Source: Adineta vaga
Taxonomy: Eukaryota; Animalia; Rotifera
NCBI GenBank assembly: GCA_021613535.1
Contig: CP075496.1
Location: 7,440,001-7,504,000 of the forward strand
Length of the DNA: 64,000 bases
Direction of reading: 5' to 3'
The translations under genes and the position numbers were made by a program. The notes under the pieces are model-generated. The model saw nothing but the letters and a program-made list of their open reading frames with translations, did not search any database and had not been told where the DNA came from. This document shows, in pieces, positions 43,501-58,690 of the stretch. Each line of letters starts with the position of its first letter. The stretch's first letter is position 1.

Positions 43501-46493
43501 GAAACTTCTTATAGCATCATTTGAATGATTTAATAGAGCACTTTGTTTTCCCAATGTAAAGTTGACATGATCCTAAAATTAGAAATAAATAAATACAATT
43601 ATAAAATTGTAACTAGGAAACAAGAAACATCATTGTCAACATTTAGAATTTGTATACATCGATTGATTATTACAGAACAGGTAGATTTATTGCATTTGTA
43701 GAATGAATGCAATATGTGATTATTTTGATACATCAATGAATAAAACACTTACAAGAGCTAATGTCCAGTTAGGTTTTTCATAGATAGTAAGAATATCATT
43801 ATAACATCGTAGAGCATGGACTCGCTAAAATATAAATCTAATTAATACATGTCGACAATGAAAAATTTCTGTATTAAACCTGTCCGGCTTTTAGAAATCG
43901 GTGGCCAGCAATGACCATATAGAATGAATATTTTCGTATAAATGGTGGTCGATAATTAAGAAAACAGTGAGAAGCTTGTTCAAGAAAGAGAGCACCACGT
44001 AAATCTGAATCCTAGAATCATTCCCATATTCATATTGGAAATCAAACACTAACATCAAATCTACATACTTCCTGAGAAAGTTTCAAAAATTGTTGCACAG
44101 CTTGATCATATGCTTCTCTCGATTTTAATATTTCTGTAGACATCAATACACAACGTGTCGCAAAAATTGGTAATCTAAATACTTGAATTTTTCCAAAACA
44201 AATCACTATCCTCAGTTTCTCGGCCTTTACCTGCTTGCATTGGCATAAATTTCGATTGCTTCATCCATATATTGAGTTGGATAAGCTTTACTAGCAGGAG
44301 ATTCTTGCATAAAATTTGCTAAACAACACATTTCCTTAAAAATAAAAGAAAAAAAATACTATTCTATCCCGTTTGTTCAATATGAATGTGATACTAACTA
44401 ATACGCCAGCGTAGAAGGTCGGTGCTTGGTCTCGTGATAAATCTCGTTTAGCTGTATAATAACTGTTATAAGCAAATTCATAATTTTGAAAAAGAAATGC
44501 TAAATCTCCAGCACGACGAAGAACAATTTCCATTGAATCATTTGTCAAACTGAAGTTAAACAATCAGAAATCGAATCATGGAAAAAATTTCTTTACCTTG
44601 AGGAAGAAGTTGAGGGAACACTTTTCGATGTTGAAGTATTACTACCAAATAATTTTTTAGGCATCGAAAAAAATTTTGTTATACCACGACGGGATGTAAT
44701 CTAAACAAAAGAAGATTCAAAGTCTATTTCTTTGTGAAAGTAGATGATTTTTTCTACTTGTTCATTGAATGATTTTAAATTTGTTTCTACCCATAGAAGA
44801 AGACCTTTTGTAACAAATTCATTCCTATAAACAACGAGAAAAACGATAAGATTACATAAGTTAAAATTTTAATTACATAAAGACATGAATTCTATCATGA
44901 TCACTGAGTGTTAAACAAGCACCATGAATGATTGTAGATGCATTATTTACTGATGCACCATCATATCCTTCATCCGTAGTTGTAATAGAAGTCATATCAC
45001 TACTCGAAGGATCAAATGAACCCAATGGATGAGAAATTGATGCTAGAAATGAGAATAAATTTGTAAATTTGAAGAACAAATGGCTGATATTGATTACAAT
45101 TAAGATTAAGTTCTTGATCAATAAGTTCTGTTAAATTTGATAATGAATCACTAATCGAATTTTCTTGTTTTGATATCGTGTTAGATTGTTGTTCTTGAGT
45201 GTTAGTAGTCGAAGATGATGATTGTTTAACATAAAGACGCCATGGATCTGGCATATTCGTTGTTTCACTTGTTTCGCCACTGGTTTGACCAGCACGTTTC
45301 GAATTGATTTGTAATAAATGACAATTTCCAGCTCCATATTGTTGCTTTAAATCGGCAAATACTGATACAGCTCTGAAAGAATTTAAAATTCAACTCTAAT
45401 AAATCAATAATTATACAAAAGAAAGTAAAACAGAAGATAAATCATATTCAAAATCATTTCAATTTCAAACTTGACCATTGCCTCTTAATCAAATTAAACC
45501 TATATTTTCCTCTGTTGCAAATGAACTGAACATAGAATGATATCAGACAAAGTTTCTTTTCCCCAAACTTCCCGAACAGAACAACAAGACAAGCATATCT
45601 TACTTTCGTATTGAAATACTGAAAGAAATTTTTACATATAAATATAAGGAAACTCAAGAAAAGATAACTTTGAAATTCTCTTCAATCGATTAAGCTATTT
45701 CGTTAGACATACTTGGATTCTTCTCCTTCCGTAACATCATGTAATAAAACAAAATATTTATAGATATTTGCCATAAACCATTTGGGTAATTTTGCTGGAG
45801 ATTGTTGTTGTTGAAGAGCTTGTTGTTGAACAAGTTTAGCAAATGCATCCATTGGATCAAGATGTGATGTAGAAACAACCATAATACCTTTTTTTGTTTT
45901 AGATTTGTAAAACTGATCGGATCATTAATTCATATTTAAACTTACAAGCAAGATAATTCTTTAGAAATTCATGTTCTCCATTGTATGTAATACGTAGAAA
46001 ACAATCACGCCAAGCATCAAACCATGGTGTTGTATCTAAAGATCAAATTAGTTATGATTTATCACTATAAGGAAATATAATTTACTTTTGATATTTAGAT
46101 CATATTGTTCTGTATGAATTTCTCGTTCATTATTTGCAATTGAACTATTCAATGCACTTGATACTGAATCATTTAATAATTTCTTTGCTAAAGTATTTTG
46201 TGGAGGTAAAGAATTAAAATCTTTAATTTCTAATCGTAGATTTTTTAATGTTATCAAATTATTTGATGGATCACGATAACTAACTAGAAATAAATTATGA
46301 AAATAAGTTTTATATAAAATCAAAAGAATAAATAACCTTCTGATGGAAGACGACAAAATGGTTGAATTAATTCTGCAAATGTTAAATTATTTTTTCGACA
46401 AATACTCTCTGCATCATAACTGCATAGAACAGCAATTGTTGGACAAAATGCATCTTGAATAAATTCACTAACAGATTTTTTTGTTTGAGCCAT
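40536..46493 (-). CDS. TRAPPC8: Trafficking protein particle complex subunit 8 (Trs85)
   Basis: MAQTKKSVSEFIQDAFCPTIAVLCS..LTFAELIQPF, HEFLKNYLAC, HGACLTLSDHDRI, RRAGDLAFLFQNY, RKYSFYMVIAGHRF, KGIRLN..YGIDKRL; more than 20 exons. Confidence 0.93.
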
Positions 46494-47032
46494 GAAAATT
46501 TCTTTGAAAAGAAAATCAATCAGTTAGAATTATCTATCTGTTTTTCAGTTCTTAGAAAATTTATCTTTATCAAACATATGTCTAATAATAATATATGAAA
46601 TTCTATTCATAGGCTATTATTTCATCGAATCGAATAGACAAATGAGATTTTGAAGAGGACGCTAATGTACTTATTGTTCTATTATAACACCACAAGATCT
46701 TATATACTTCTTATGTTTATCTCAATCTGCTCTTTGTGAAGTTCTTTAAAACTAAGTTTTCTAACAATAGCATTAGAAAAAAAAACAGATTGATTTATAG
46801 ACACAGTCATTGATATATTCGATTTTACGTTAGTTTGAAATTAAAAAAAAGAATCAAAAATGACTATCGTTATTATAAACCTGAGTACTAATTATTTTGT
46901 TCATATGTAAATTCATGATATATATATATATATATATGTATATAAAAGAAAATTTAAATCGAGCGACAATATTCGAAAAGAAGAAAAAGATGAAAAAGAC
47001 GACAAGGAAAAGAATGATCAGTTTAGTTCACA

Positions 47033-48617
47033 TTAAATTGTTATTGTTTCACTTGTTTCAGATGTACGTTGTTTTCGTATACGCATCGTTGTTTCTTTCA
47101 TTGAATGATATAAAGCAAATGTATTCCAATGTAAACCATTTCGTGCTGTATTTTGTAGAGCTAATGGTGAACGTACATATGCCCCATTGAGATGAGATTG
47201 AAAACAACTTGTAAACCACCATGCCCCATGATAAGTTAACGCACAATTATCATAAAAAAGATTATCATGATCACGATCAAATGTTGAAAATGGTGCACCA
47301 TTTGCATTATCCCATGGTGATGAAAGTGAATCACCAGCCGTTGATAATAAAGATTGATATTGAGAAATTTGTAATTTATAGTTTTGATTTTCATTATCTA
47401 AGGAAAATTTTCCATATTCAGCTGTACGAATTGGACTATCCCATGGTTTTAAATCAATATGTAATCTATAGAATTTGGAAAAGAATTACAATATTGATGA
47501 TGAGAAATCCAGATAGATAGATAGATAGATATACATACACATATTGTCCTTGATTTGTTAATTGATAAATTTTTTCATTTCCTAACCAGAATTCACTACG
47601 TAGCTCTCCAAATCCATTTTTATAATCATCCCATCCACGATAAAAATCAATTGTACCATTCATTCTTTGTTGAATTACTGTCCATCCTATTTAATTAAAT
47701 AAAATAACTTTCCTCTATGTCTGTATATATTATTCTTTATCAATTATTACCGATATTATTCTCAAAAATACATTGTACATCAAATGATTCCGGTGATAAT
47801 CGTGGTTTTATACGAAAAATCCCTGAAGAAACAAGTGATGGTTGTTGCCGAAGTATATCATCACAATCTATTGAAGAAGAAAAGAAACAAATAAGTTATT
47901 CTTTGTTTTCCAATTAACAAAAAGCGTGTGGATAGATATGCTCCAGGGAATGTGATAACGAACTCATCTTTCTGGTATCTATTATTACATAATGTATATG
48001 TATATGTATATATTGTTTGAGATAGATGATATGATAATTAAAAGTGACCTATTTGTTTGTAAGAGGAAAATTAGCAATTTACCTGTTGGTGTTTCATTTT
48101 CTTCGATATCTTTTTTTATCGGAACAAGTCTTCGAACATGTTGAACTGGTTTTTGTAATTCATTCAATAGATCATTTAACACATTTGTTAAATTCTTAAT
48201 TTTATGTTCTATTGTTGTTATATTCGATGCAAATGAACGTTGTTGTTTAGACATACGAAGAACTAAATCATTTATTGTTGTACCATTTGGTAAAAGTGGT
48301 GATGATGAATTTTTTAAATTAACTAATTCTTTTTCCAAACGATATAATTTTGATGTTTGACTATTGTAATAATCGATCATTTCTTCTAAGACAACATCAG
48401 TTATTTCACCTTTTAAACTTGTCATATAAGTTAACATAGTTTTTCGAACTTCTTCTTGAACTAATTCTCGACGACGAAATCGTGAACGTACTCGATTTTG
48501 TCCACCAAAAACAGAACGTAATGATGGTGTTGATGTTGTCGTTGAAGACAAATGAGGAAAACCTTCGACCATAAGTAGAATACAACAAGCAAGCAAAGCG
48601 AAATAGATTGCGTGCAT
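47033..48617 (-). CDS. Secreted coiled-coil + fibrinogen C-terminal domain protein (angiopoietin-like/FReD)
   Basis: Signal peptide, RSRFRRR basic site, coiled coil, then [79 protein letters not shown]. Confidence 0.92.
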
Positions 48618-51600
48618 CTTTTTATCTAAAAAAAAGAAAGAAAATCATTTACCAGATGCTGAGAAAAGAACTTTATCAGATCGATCATCACCAATAATTG
48701 TGATTCTATGGAATTGATTTCCTGAAGATCAGCAAGTCTAGACACAAAAAGTGTGAATCAACTCAAATCTCATCTATAAGAATAGAACCGTTCAACAAAT
48801 GACTTATTCTACAGTAGAAAAACTAGAAGTAAATGTCCTTGTATCTATATCTACACAGTGTGACTTTTTGTATTAGCACTGGAAGCATCTCTCATCTCAC
48901 TTGATATGCATATATACATCTATATATGTATATAGATATATATATATATATATATACATGTATATGCGATCTTATTATGACAAGATCAAGAGAGACATTG
49001 GTAGAAGAAGAAAAACGAGAAAGGCAATTTATCACTCTACATCAATGAACATATCATAAAGAAAAAGTAGTCGTCTCTATCATAAGTTAAGGAACCTTGC
49101 ATTCGCCATTAGACATGTCTTGATATACACTTTCTGCAATGCATTATATCATAGAATGCGAGAACGTTTGAGTTATCCATTGGCATGAAAAAAGAGAAAG
49201 AAAGAAAGAAGAAAAGAAACAGAGAAAGTGGCATGTTCATTCTAATTCATGCCACTAAATAGAAACGCGTGCACAACTGGAAAAGTGATATGTCTATATG
49301 TATAATAACTATCAAAGAAGGTGCCGCAATCATTTTATCTATCTGTTCACCAGACACGCCCTATATTCAAAATACAACGACGTATACTGTTCTATCACTT
49401 GCCTTTCTTCCTTTTCTTCTGTATTCATTTCTCTATTTTTCTATACATCTCTATCTATCTATATGTTCATCAATGATGATCGATTATATTTTCTAACAAT
49501 GAATATTCACGTTTCTCAGCGATTTATCTTCAAGCTCTTTCGTTTTACTGCATAAACAAACAAAACGGAAGGATAGTCATATATGTCATGTTTATGGGTC
49601 TCTGCTTGTCTACTGATATCACCAGCAGGGAACTAACCGCTTCCTCTATCAGTCATTTATTGAACGATTAAGGACAAAATAGTCAGTAAGCAATTAGAAT
49701 CTTGATTTCTTTATTCATTTATCAGACGCATACACTGTGATGTTCAATGCCAGACCTCTGACCTTTCTTCTAAATGAGAGACAATTGATTAGAATAAAAT
49801 TCTCTTCGAATATAATTTAGTTACTCTTTCTATTTACAAATCTAAACAAAAAAACAAGGATAAAGAAACCTTCCGGAATGATTGTCTCGTCATGATAATA
49901 CAATTTGTAGTATCGATATGATGGCAATATAATGCGTTTTGGTCAGTTCATCAATACAGAGTATATATATGTATATGGAAGAGAAAGGACACGTTCATTC
50001 TAGTTATATGCTTATTATAGTTATCAATAGAATTGATTTTCTATGAAGAAGAGAGGAAAAAAGATCAACAACATCTGTTTAACTAACTGAACTAAATTAT
50101 ACGAATGTCATGATGGAAAAACAGAATAGAAATCTACTGTTCTATTCGTTATTTTAATGTTTCAGTATATAAAAGAGAAGGGCAACTGATGAAAGTGGAG
50201 ATTTATCTCGATATTTTTCGAAATGGCATCCGACGGTTAGGTCAAAATATTTATTTTTCATTACGTCTCAGTTCTATCCAGATGGTTTGATTCTATCTAT
50301 CACTCGATCGATCAATGAAAAAGGATAAAACCTTGAAGGAAAAAAGATGATCGATAAGATCGATCTTCACTTCAACTTACTTGCCATACTAATTCTCTAT
50401 AACGATATCTGACAGAATGATGGTAGCACAGCCCCCAAAAAAAGAAGAATGAATGAAATTACGTATATATGTATGTGTGCATACGTGCACGCGTCAGCAT
50501 TGTTCGTTAATTTTAGAGTAGTACCATTCTCTTTTTTTTTCATTCTCTTCGTTCAATTTTGATGATGACGCAAAACAGTTCAAACTTAAGTGATCGGCAG
50601 AAATTATTCTTCAATCTTTTCAATTGTCAAAAATGAATACCAGGCACTGCACTTTGTTTCATAGATGATAGAAAGCAATGTATTGCTAGGGTCAGTTATT
50701 TATTCTGATTGGAAAGGCCGCTAGTGATTGTGCGATTTCTGTTATTATTTCAAGGCTATTGATTGACATGATGAATGAGGTTAATCGAATGCACATGTTC
50801 TTCATGACTTCTTCATAGTTGTCGATTAAATATTAACAAATCAGCAATGTGCATATGTGTTCTTTCACTGAATAGATGCAGTTTAGACATATACCCATTG
50901 GGAATGTTATACTAGAAATGTTCATTCAACTTGTATGTATATATATATATATATGTAAACAAACAATTGATTTCTTAGAAAGAGAATCTTATACATTGTA
51001 GCAGATGTTTGATTGTCGATGATAATATTACAGTAAATAAATACAGTGTTATTCAGTACTTATTGTGACGCAAAAATTAATCGGATAATAAATGATAACA
51101 AATCGCTTTTTTTTTGTTACAAAAGTACATACAATGATTGAAGTATGTTTTTTTCAATTATTTTCTCGCATCGTTGAATTAGTTATTTAATAGAGTGAAT
51201 AATTCATAAAATTGAAGTGTAGGACATTATTTGGCAAAGAAAGAAATCGATTTCGTCTTTTGTAACATACGGATTATTGATTGACATAAACAATAACTTT
51301 TATAAAGTTCAAGCGAGATATCGTTCAGTAGAGAGAGAAAAACGCAACCAATCTTTTTCTGCACATCGTTAGACAGTTCATTAAAAAAATATATATATAT
51401 ATATATACTATCATGGAAAGAATGTACCTAGAATGTTAAAATAGACACCGACATTGACTTTATCTTCAATGTCTTTTCTCAATATACTGTTTTGTTAAGA
51501 TATAGGGCTTCTAATTATTTTCCGATATCAGCATAGATGAAAACAATAGAGATGACGGTGGAAACATTTCCGATTATTTCTTTCATCTGTTATATTCTTT

Positions 51601-51644
51601 CTATTTATTTTGTTAATAATGAAAATAGAGATGATTGAAAACTA

Positions 51645-53491
51645 TTAATATCCACCTTGATCTTTGAATACACGTTCAATGTCTGCATTATGTGGATTAA
51701 CAGCAGGTAACCATTGTGGTTTTTCTTTTTGTAAATGTGCCCAAAGAACATCGGAAACGAGTGCATGACCATATTGATTAATATGAAATCCATCGACACT
51801 TTCAACAATTTGCCATGGTTGACCACCTTGAGCAACCCATTCTTGAATAACAGCATCAAATGGAAAATCAAGATATTCTATATCATAATTATGTGGTTGA
51901 TAACTTAACGAAGCGTTTTGTACAGCTTGTGATAATGCAACAGCATGTTGTGTGGTTAAATCACGAAGTGTAGCATTTGATGTTAACCATCCATTACATG
52001 GTGAAATTTGTAAACAAGAAAGATAATCATACATTTGTGGATATGTAAGTGGAATACCAACACGACCAAATGGATGAATATGATTGTGTAAAAGATCATA
52101 TAACATACTACCGTTAGCTAAACCAGTTGTTAATACATGACTACCTTTTGGTAAAACTGTATCCAGATAAGTAAGCGCAGTGTATACATTTTGACGCATT
52201 TCTTCGACTGTAGTCATATGATCAAGTGTATCAGGATGACCATTACAAACATCATTACCAACTAGGGAATAGATAACAAGTAGAGGTACATCGTTTTGTG
52301 GATCACGTGATAAGGATTTCATAATATCAAGCATAGCTCCACTACGAGCTCCATTAACAGCAATATTTTGATAATCACGATGATTACAATGATCAAGATC
52401 AAACAAACGACTATAGAGTGATCGAGTAGGTCCTACAGAGATAAATAGTGTCATATACAAGAAAAGAAGAAATTCTTCAAAAGCAATTTCATCTACCTTC
52501 AATATTCGGCCAACTAACATTAACGTGACCTGTAGTAGCAGACATTTGTGGCCAATCAAGTTCATTTTCAAGAATATACGATAAATGTTCAAAAGCAGCA
52601 GCAGAAAATTGACGAGCATCAAGCCATTGTTCAGGAATATGAAAATGAGCTGAAATTGAATCACCTAAAACGGCTATACCCATACGTCGTGTATCATTAC
52701 AAAATGCATTTTCCCATGGTAGTCCTGTTGTTGAATCCATACCAAATATACCATTACAATTATGATCAAGAACTGCATCACTTTGCACAACACGAGCACC
52801 AGGATGAATTTGTGCAGAAACATCATCACAATCTTTGCCTCGCCATGCACTACCACGAAGTGTAGTTTCTGTGCCAAATTTATCATGATCAAGATCGACC
52901 AAGGGCAAATGATTATTGAAAACATTTTCAAGTATCTTACAAATTTCTTTTATACCAGGAAAATCACATATTTTTGATTTCATTAGAACAAGATTTATAA
53001 TCGGATGCCGTTGTCGAAGATTTTCAGCTCGTTCTGGAACTGATATTGTAGAATCTGTTGGATAAATTCGACATTTTGGTTGACCAGGTGTGTCATGACA
53101 TAGTTTAAGACTATGACAAATAACATCAGGATTGTCTCCTTTGATAAAAGCGTCCACAATATAGGGACCTATAAACAAGCGATAGTTGTTGTTTTCTATT
53201 TCGAATTTTTCTCTTTTTTTCAAAAAATTAAAACTTACCGAGAAAATCGACAGCTACTTTACAATATAGTTTAAAGTCACTTGGTAAAACTGAACAAAGT
53301 CTTTCAAGAGCAGTAACAGTGCTTGTATTATAGACAATGGTAAGTTTATCAACAAGACCTAAAACAATTGAACATACTGCACAATCTGAACCTCCATTTG
53401 CACCATCGGTAAATCGTGTTAAACGACCGTCAATTATCGGAACAAAAACAATTAATAATAAACATATCCAACTAAAATTTGCGTACGTCAT
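51645..53491 (-). CDS. AOAH: Acyloxyacyl hydrolase (LPS lipid A deacylase)
   Basis: Signal peptide, saposin-like CAVCSIV, GDSISAHFHIP (GDSL Ser), CNHRDYQNIAVNGARS, GNDVCNGH, CLQISPCNGW, VDGFH; 3 exons. Confidence 0.95.
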
Positions 53492-55690
53492 TGCTGCTAC
53501 TCCTCTTCACAAAATATGATGATATAAATATGAAATATATATATATATATATAATCAGAGTATAAGGTCGAATTTATGTAGATGAGAAATAAAACATCTG
53601 GAATTTTGTTTCGTTATTTACGTATTAAAAGAAAATATTATGTGTTTTTCTTCTTATTATTGTTCTAGAATAATATCGTCCGAACAAGGTCAAGATGACG
53701 AATATATAGATTATCTCTTCTTGTAAATTTCATATAATTCAAGATCCGAATTGATTTATTCAGAATATAATCGCTAATTTGTATCGGATTAAACTTTCGA
53801 AGTTTAATATGAGATTGAGTTTTGAGAAACTGGTACAATCTGAAGAATAATAGCGATACCTAAATAATTTTCCATCGTTCTGCACAAAAGAATGACAATT
53901 TTCTTGCTGAACAAGATAATTCTGACACATATGAGCTATTAATAAAAATTCACTTAACGATATTGTACGTCATTGTAAAAATGATAAAACTATATAATAA
54001 AAGAATTCATAATAAGAATATATGGCTTCCTTTTTTCTCCTAGATTTGTATTATGTATGGAAAAAAAAGTTGTTAAGAAATAAACTAAAATTTGTGTGTC
54101 ATCTAATTTTGTAATAACACAACGGAAGAGTTCAGTGACCTCTAACGAACCTGATACTATCATCATAAATCATTCGTCGTCACTCGATGTATATAGTTTT
54201 TCGAGATACATTATTTTTACTCTTTCTTCAAATTTCTTTACATTTTTTATTACACTTTAATCCTTCAAATAGGTCTAAGAAAACAATTCCTCTCGTTATT
54301 TATTGTTAGTTACAAGATAAGTAGGTGGATGCGATATTTTTCTTCATTTGTCGTTTTGACAGAAAGGAAAAAAATTTGTGTACGCGTATTTACCCAACTA
54401 TGTCGCGTATATTTTTCTCCGCGGAAAGGAAGACGCTGGTTCGCTTGAACTAGATGAAACAGAGAGAAGTACACGATTAATGTAAGTTAGATAACCAATA
54501 AATTTCTTTCAAATTTCTTTCTATAAGAAAACCAACTTGATGCTTTTAGTTAAACAAATATTTTTATGAATACCAAAAGACAATCTATATCTCATTTTAA
54601 TATTATAATTTATTTTTCGAAACAATATTATTTCTTTTTTTTATAGTGAACACAAGTGACAAGGAAAAGCAGTTACATTTTTAAAACTATATAAACTCTT
54701 TTCATATTCATTCAATATAAAAAGTTGATGGTTTTTGTTTCTATTTAAAACACACCAATTGCGTATATTGTCATTGAATTTATACGCAATAATCAATCGA
54801 TCCATCAATCAGCGTGAAATAGTTTTTTTTAATAACTATACCTAAGCCATAGAAAGTTTTTTTTAGAAGTACAACAATTCATTCAGTTTTCATGGTGACT
54901 ACCAGAATTTCTAATGAAACGTCAATGCTCGCTGAAAACGATAAGCACAATAATAATTTTTTTCTTTTCTTTCTCTTGACTCATCATTTCATAGTCACAT
55001 TCTCGACGAGCAACACACACACAGGAACATTTTACGTATTTTTTTGTGCTTTAGCAAATAGAGAAAAAAACATGACGTCGCCTTTTTTTTCTTTTTTTTA
55101 TGTAGAAGTTTACACGTACTCGTTTAAAGAGCTGAAAAACAAATCTGACATCAATGACGATTCTTTATTCACACCGCAACAATCGATGAAGACGAGTATG
55201 ATCTCTTAATCATCGTGTAAAACGAGGTAAATCAATATTTAGTGTTTGAGTTTCGGCTTTTCTTATCTATCTTTAACGAAGTACAATAGGAATAGATTCT
55301 GAACACATTTTTTGTCTCTGAAAGCCTTCAATCCTCTTTTCATTGACGAGATAAAGAAAAGAAAAAGCAGGTTACACCCTTCAAGCGAATATTTATTCAG
55401 CTTCATTTGAGTAAAACTAATACTTCAAAAAATAAGATGATATATAAATAGAATTAAGAAAATCAAATATCAAACATCTATATTTTCTGTCACTGAAATA
55501 TTGGACTTAATCTCATATAATAGAGAAATGAGAAGTTAAACATGTGTTTTGTCGATTCAGCCTGAAAAATAAGAAATACATTTCTGACTATACTTTCATT
55601 CTATCGAGAAAATATGTTTTTGATTACAAAAAATATGTTCGAAATAAACCAATAAAATACGACTTCTTTTTTTCATTCCAGATAATAGCC

Positions 55691-57226
55691 ATGATGATGT
55701 CGAGTGAAGAATATTGGAATATAATACCATGTCATGGTCCAATAACTGTTACCAATGAATTTCCTTTAAATCTTGATGATTGTTTATTCACTGATGAATT
55801 CAATGCGAATTTAATTTCAATCGATGATGATTTCGAGGAGATTTCTTCATCATCTGAGGTTGAAATTTAATTAAAAGTTATTAATTTAAATGAAAAATAT
55901 TTCTTTTTTTCTTTATAGACCGAACATTATTTATCACAAGCATCCTCAACTTCTAGTCCACCACAACCAGTAGATTTAATCTGCAATGTTTGTGGCGCAC
56001 CAGCACATGGTTACAATTTTGATCAGATTACTTGTGAATCATGTAAAGCTTTTTTCCGTCGAAATGCCTTGAAAAATATAGTAAGAGTAGTGACTTTGCA
56101 AAATAATTCATTTCAACTTTTTTCTCTCTCTCTCTCTTAGACTAATTTCAAATGTCGTTATTCGGGAAACTGTGTGATAAATGTCCATACTCGTCGTCAA
56201 TGTGCACATTGTCGATTAAAAAAATGTTTCGATATAAATATGAGAAAAGACTGGATACGTACAGAAGAAGAACGTGCTTTACGATTATTAAAAAATTATC
56301 AAAAAGAACAGAGAAAATTGAATGGATTACCTCCAAATCATCAATTATTCGACAAACTTCCAATAGTTGTTCGAAAGAAAAAACGTATCGTACCAATAAC
56401 AACCACACCAACACAGCAGAAAGTGCCTATTCCCAAAACGGAACTTGTAAATATCGATTTTATTCGATTAACTGATTGAATTTCTTTTCATTTTTAGAGT
56501 TTAGAAATAAATCCTTTTGGTATTCATCGTAATTTAGCATCTGAAGATCAAATTCTATTAAATAATATAATAAGTATGTATAAATATGGAGCTGATCGAG
56601 CTGATTGTTCTCATATAAATCGATACACAAAATCAGCAACATTGACACAATTTGTGAACGATGAAAGTGTCAATCATCAATCATTAGTTTATTTCTATAA
56701 ATTTATTCCAGAATTTAAACAATTTGAACTTGACGATCAAATTCTTTTAATTAAATGTAATATGTTAAGTATTATACATTTACATTTGATTATTGTGGAA
56801 AATTTTCATGAAAATCCTCGTATGGGTGAACATATGCCAAGTTGGATTACACCCGATTTTCATCGACAAATGTCTCGGACACGTGGAAGATTTGATCGTT
56901 TTATGAAACATCCACACATTTTACAAATCGCTTTGATTGTCTTCATATTTAGTATGAATCTATCGATTCCACGTGGTAGTAGTCAATATATGCATTATAA
57001 AAATCGACGAAAATTATATGAAATTCAAAATTTTTATGTATCATTACTTTGGCGTTATTTAATTTATTTATTCGATGAACAAGAAGCACAACGATCAATG
57101 AGTATTATTGTAATGCAAATTCTACGTTATCAATTGTTAATGGATACGATGGATAAAGCTGTAAGAAAAACTGGACAAGCAGATTTATTGAATCCATTGA
57201 TGAAATCAGTGTTTGGATTGACTTGA
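55691..57226 (+). CDS. Nuclear hormone receptor, NR1J (HR96/DAF-12/NHR-8)-like
   Basis: C4 zinc fingers CNVCGAPAHGYNFDQITCESCKAFFRRNA and C..CRLKKCF..MRKDWI; LBD signature FYKFIPEFKQFELDDQILLIK; 3 introns; probable upstream non-coding exon ending ~55226. Confidence 0.92.
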
Positions 57227-58279
57227 AAATAGAGTTGTTGTATTGTTATCTTGTTCATTTAAGTATGAGATGTACAGAAAATATATAAGTATACGTTTTT
57301 AGTTAGATAACATCGATATTTCATGAGAGAACTGAAATAATCAAAACAACAAACGAAATAACATTCGTTTTTCAGAAAAATCTCCTCTCGTCTTCAACAA
57401 ATTTTTTGTCTTGTGAATATTTCTTTTTCAAATTAACGTTTCTAAATTTTATGATAGCGATGGTATATGGAAATTACGTCTTGCAAACAAGGAGAAAATA
57501 ACGTGATAAAAGTTAGCAGCGGATTCGAGTTTTTCCTGCTAATATTCGCTCAAGAACTTGGGATTACAACGAATGATGTCGGCTGAGTGGGGATCATTGA
57601 TCAAAAACCAGGGTTTTCACCCAAAATACTTTTATTTTGGCTTCTACTCAATCAATTTTATTAATTTTCTTGTTTTACAGCTCTGGAGGTGCTCCTTTTC
57701 TTCTGAGAAAAATTAAGCTTCTAGCTCTCGTGTTTCACGAAAGATTGAAAAAAACGATACAAATTACGATTTTTTCGTCTCATTATGCTTCTTAAAATTA
57801 TATTGTTAGCTATTTTTGTAGATCTTGACAAGGGCTTTCAGAATATATTACTGCTTTTCAGTTTGGACAAGGTTTTTCAGTCGCAAAGATATTCAGAACA
57901 ACCGAGTCCGAACACTTCTCATTTTTTGTCTAGAATGAAATTAAAATCATTGGTTCTCTATTCATAACAATTCAATCGTTATAAGCTGGATTGCATGTGA
58001 AAGAAGGCGGAAGAGAAAACACTTTAAAGAGGATGTATGGGTGTGAGAGTGTAGATAAAAGACACTCACATCTTCACCTAAGTATTTAAAAAGAACAAAA
58101 AAATATGTTTATTAAGAAATAATATTTTACTTAAAGGCACAAAAACACGTATTTGAGTTATTTTTAAATAGTGATATGAGCAAAATAAAACAACTCCAAA
58201 AATCTGGCCTAATAACAAATATAATCGTTCACAAGAAAAATGAACGAGAAGAATCAAGGAAGAACATAATATTAATAAA

Positions 58280-58690
58280 AAGTGGGCTTCTTAGCACAAT
58301 CAGTAATTCACATGCAAAATTAACCATTGGTTTTTCTCTTACTAATTGTTGTCCACCAAAACTTAGAAAATGCACTTTAGGAATGACTATATTGAATTGA
58401 AATATATCGAAATGTACACCATTCCATCCAAGGGTGAGATGTGAACATGTGTAATCATCGGATATCTTCCAGAGTAATAAGAAAGATCTTTCCATCGTAC
58501 ATCGAGACAGAAAAGATGAGATGAGGTGAGGCATCCAAAATTATTTGTAATAGTGAATGGCGCCGTAAATCGCCACGGACAACATGTATATGTTGAAATG
58601 TCCGAAATGTCAACGAACGAAGAGAATGACATAAATTGGTATGTGTTGGAATTATGACAAGTTTTGCTGGATTCTAAACTTTGCAATGAT
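58280..58690 (-). pseudogene. Frameshifted fragment of an LRR-like (F-box/LRR-type) protein
   Basis: Pieces in different frames join into LCHSLRSLTF..LLQIILDASPHL / CLDVRWKDLSYYS..ITHVH / LTLG..FDIFQFNIVIPKVHFLSFGG, an LxxLxL periodicity; needs at least 2 frameshifts; no start codon. Confidence 0.45.

Noticed and set aside
49226-49256. 9-bp perfect hairpin AGTGGCATG..CATGCCACT
   Set aside because: Too short for a pre-miRNA; no match to conserved miRNAs I recognise.
57570-57610. tRNA A-box-like GTCGGCTGAGTGG
   Set aside because: No B-box or cloverleaf follows; lies in repeat-like DNA.
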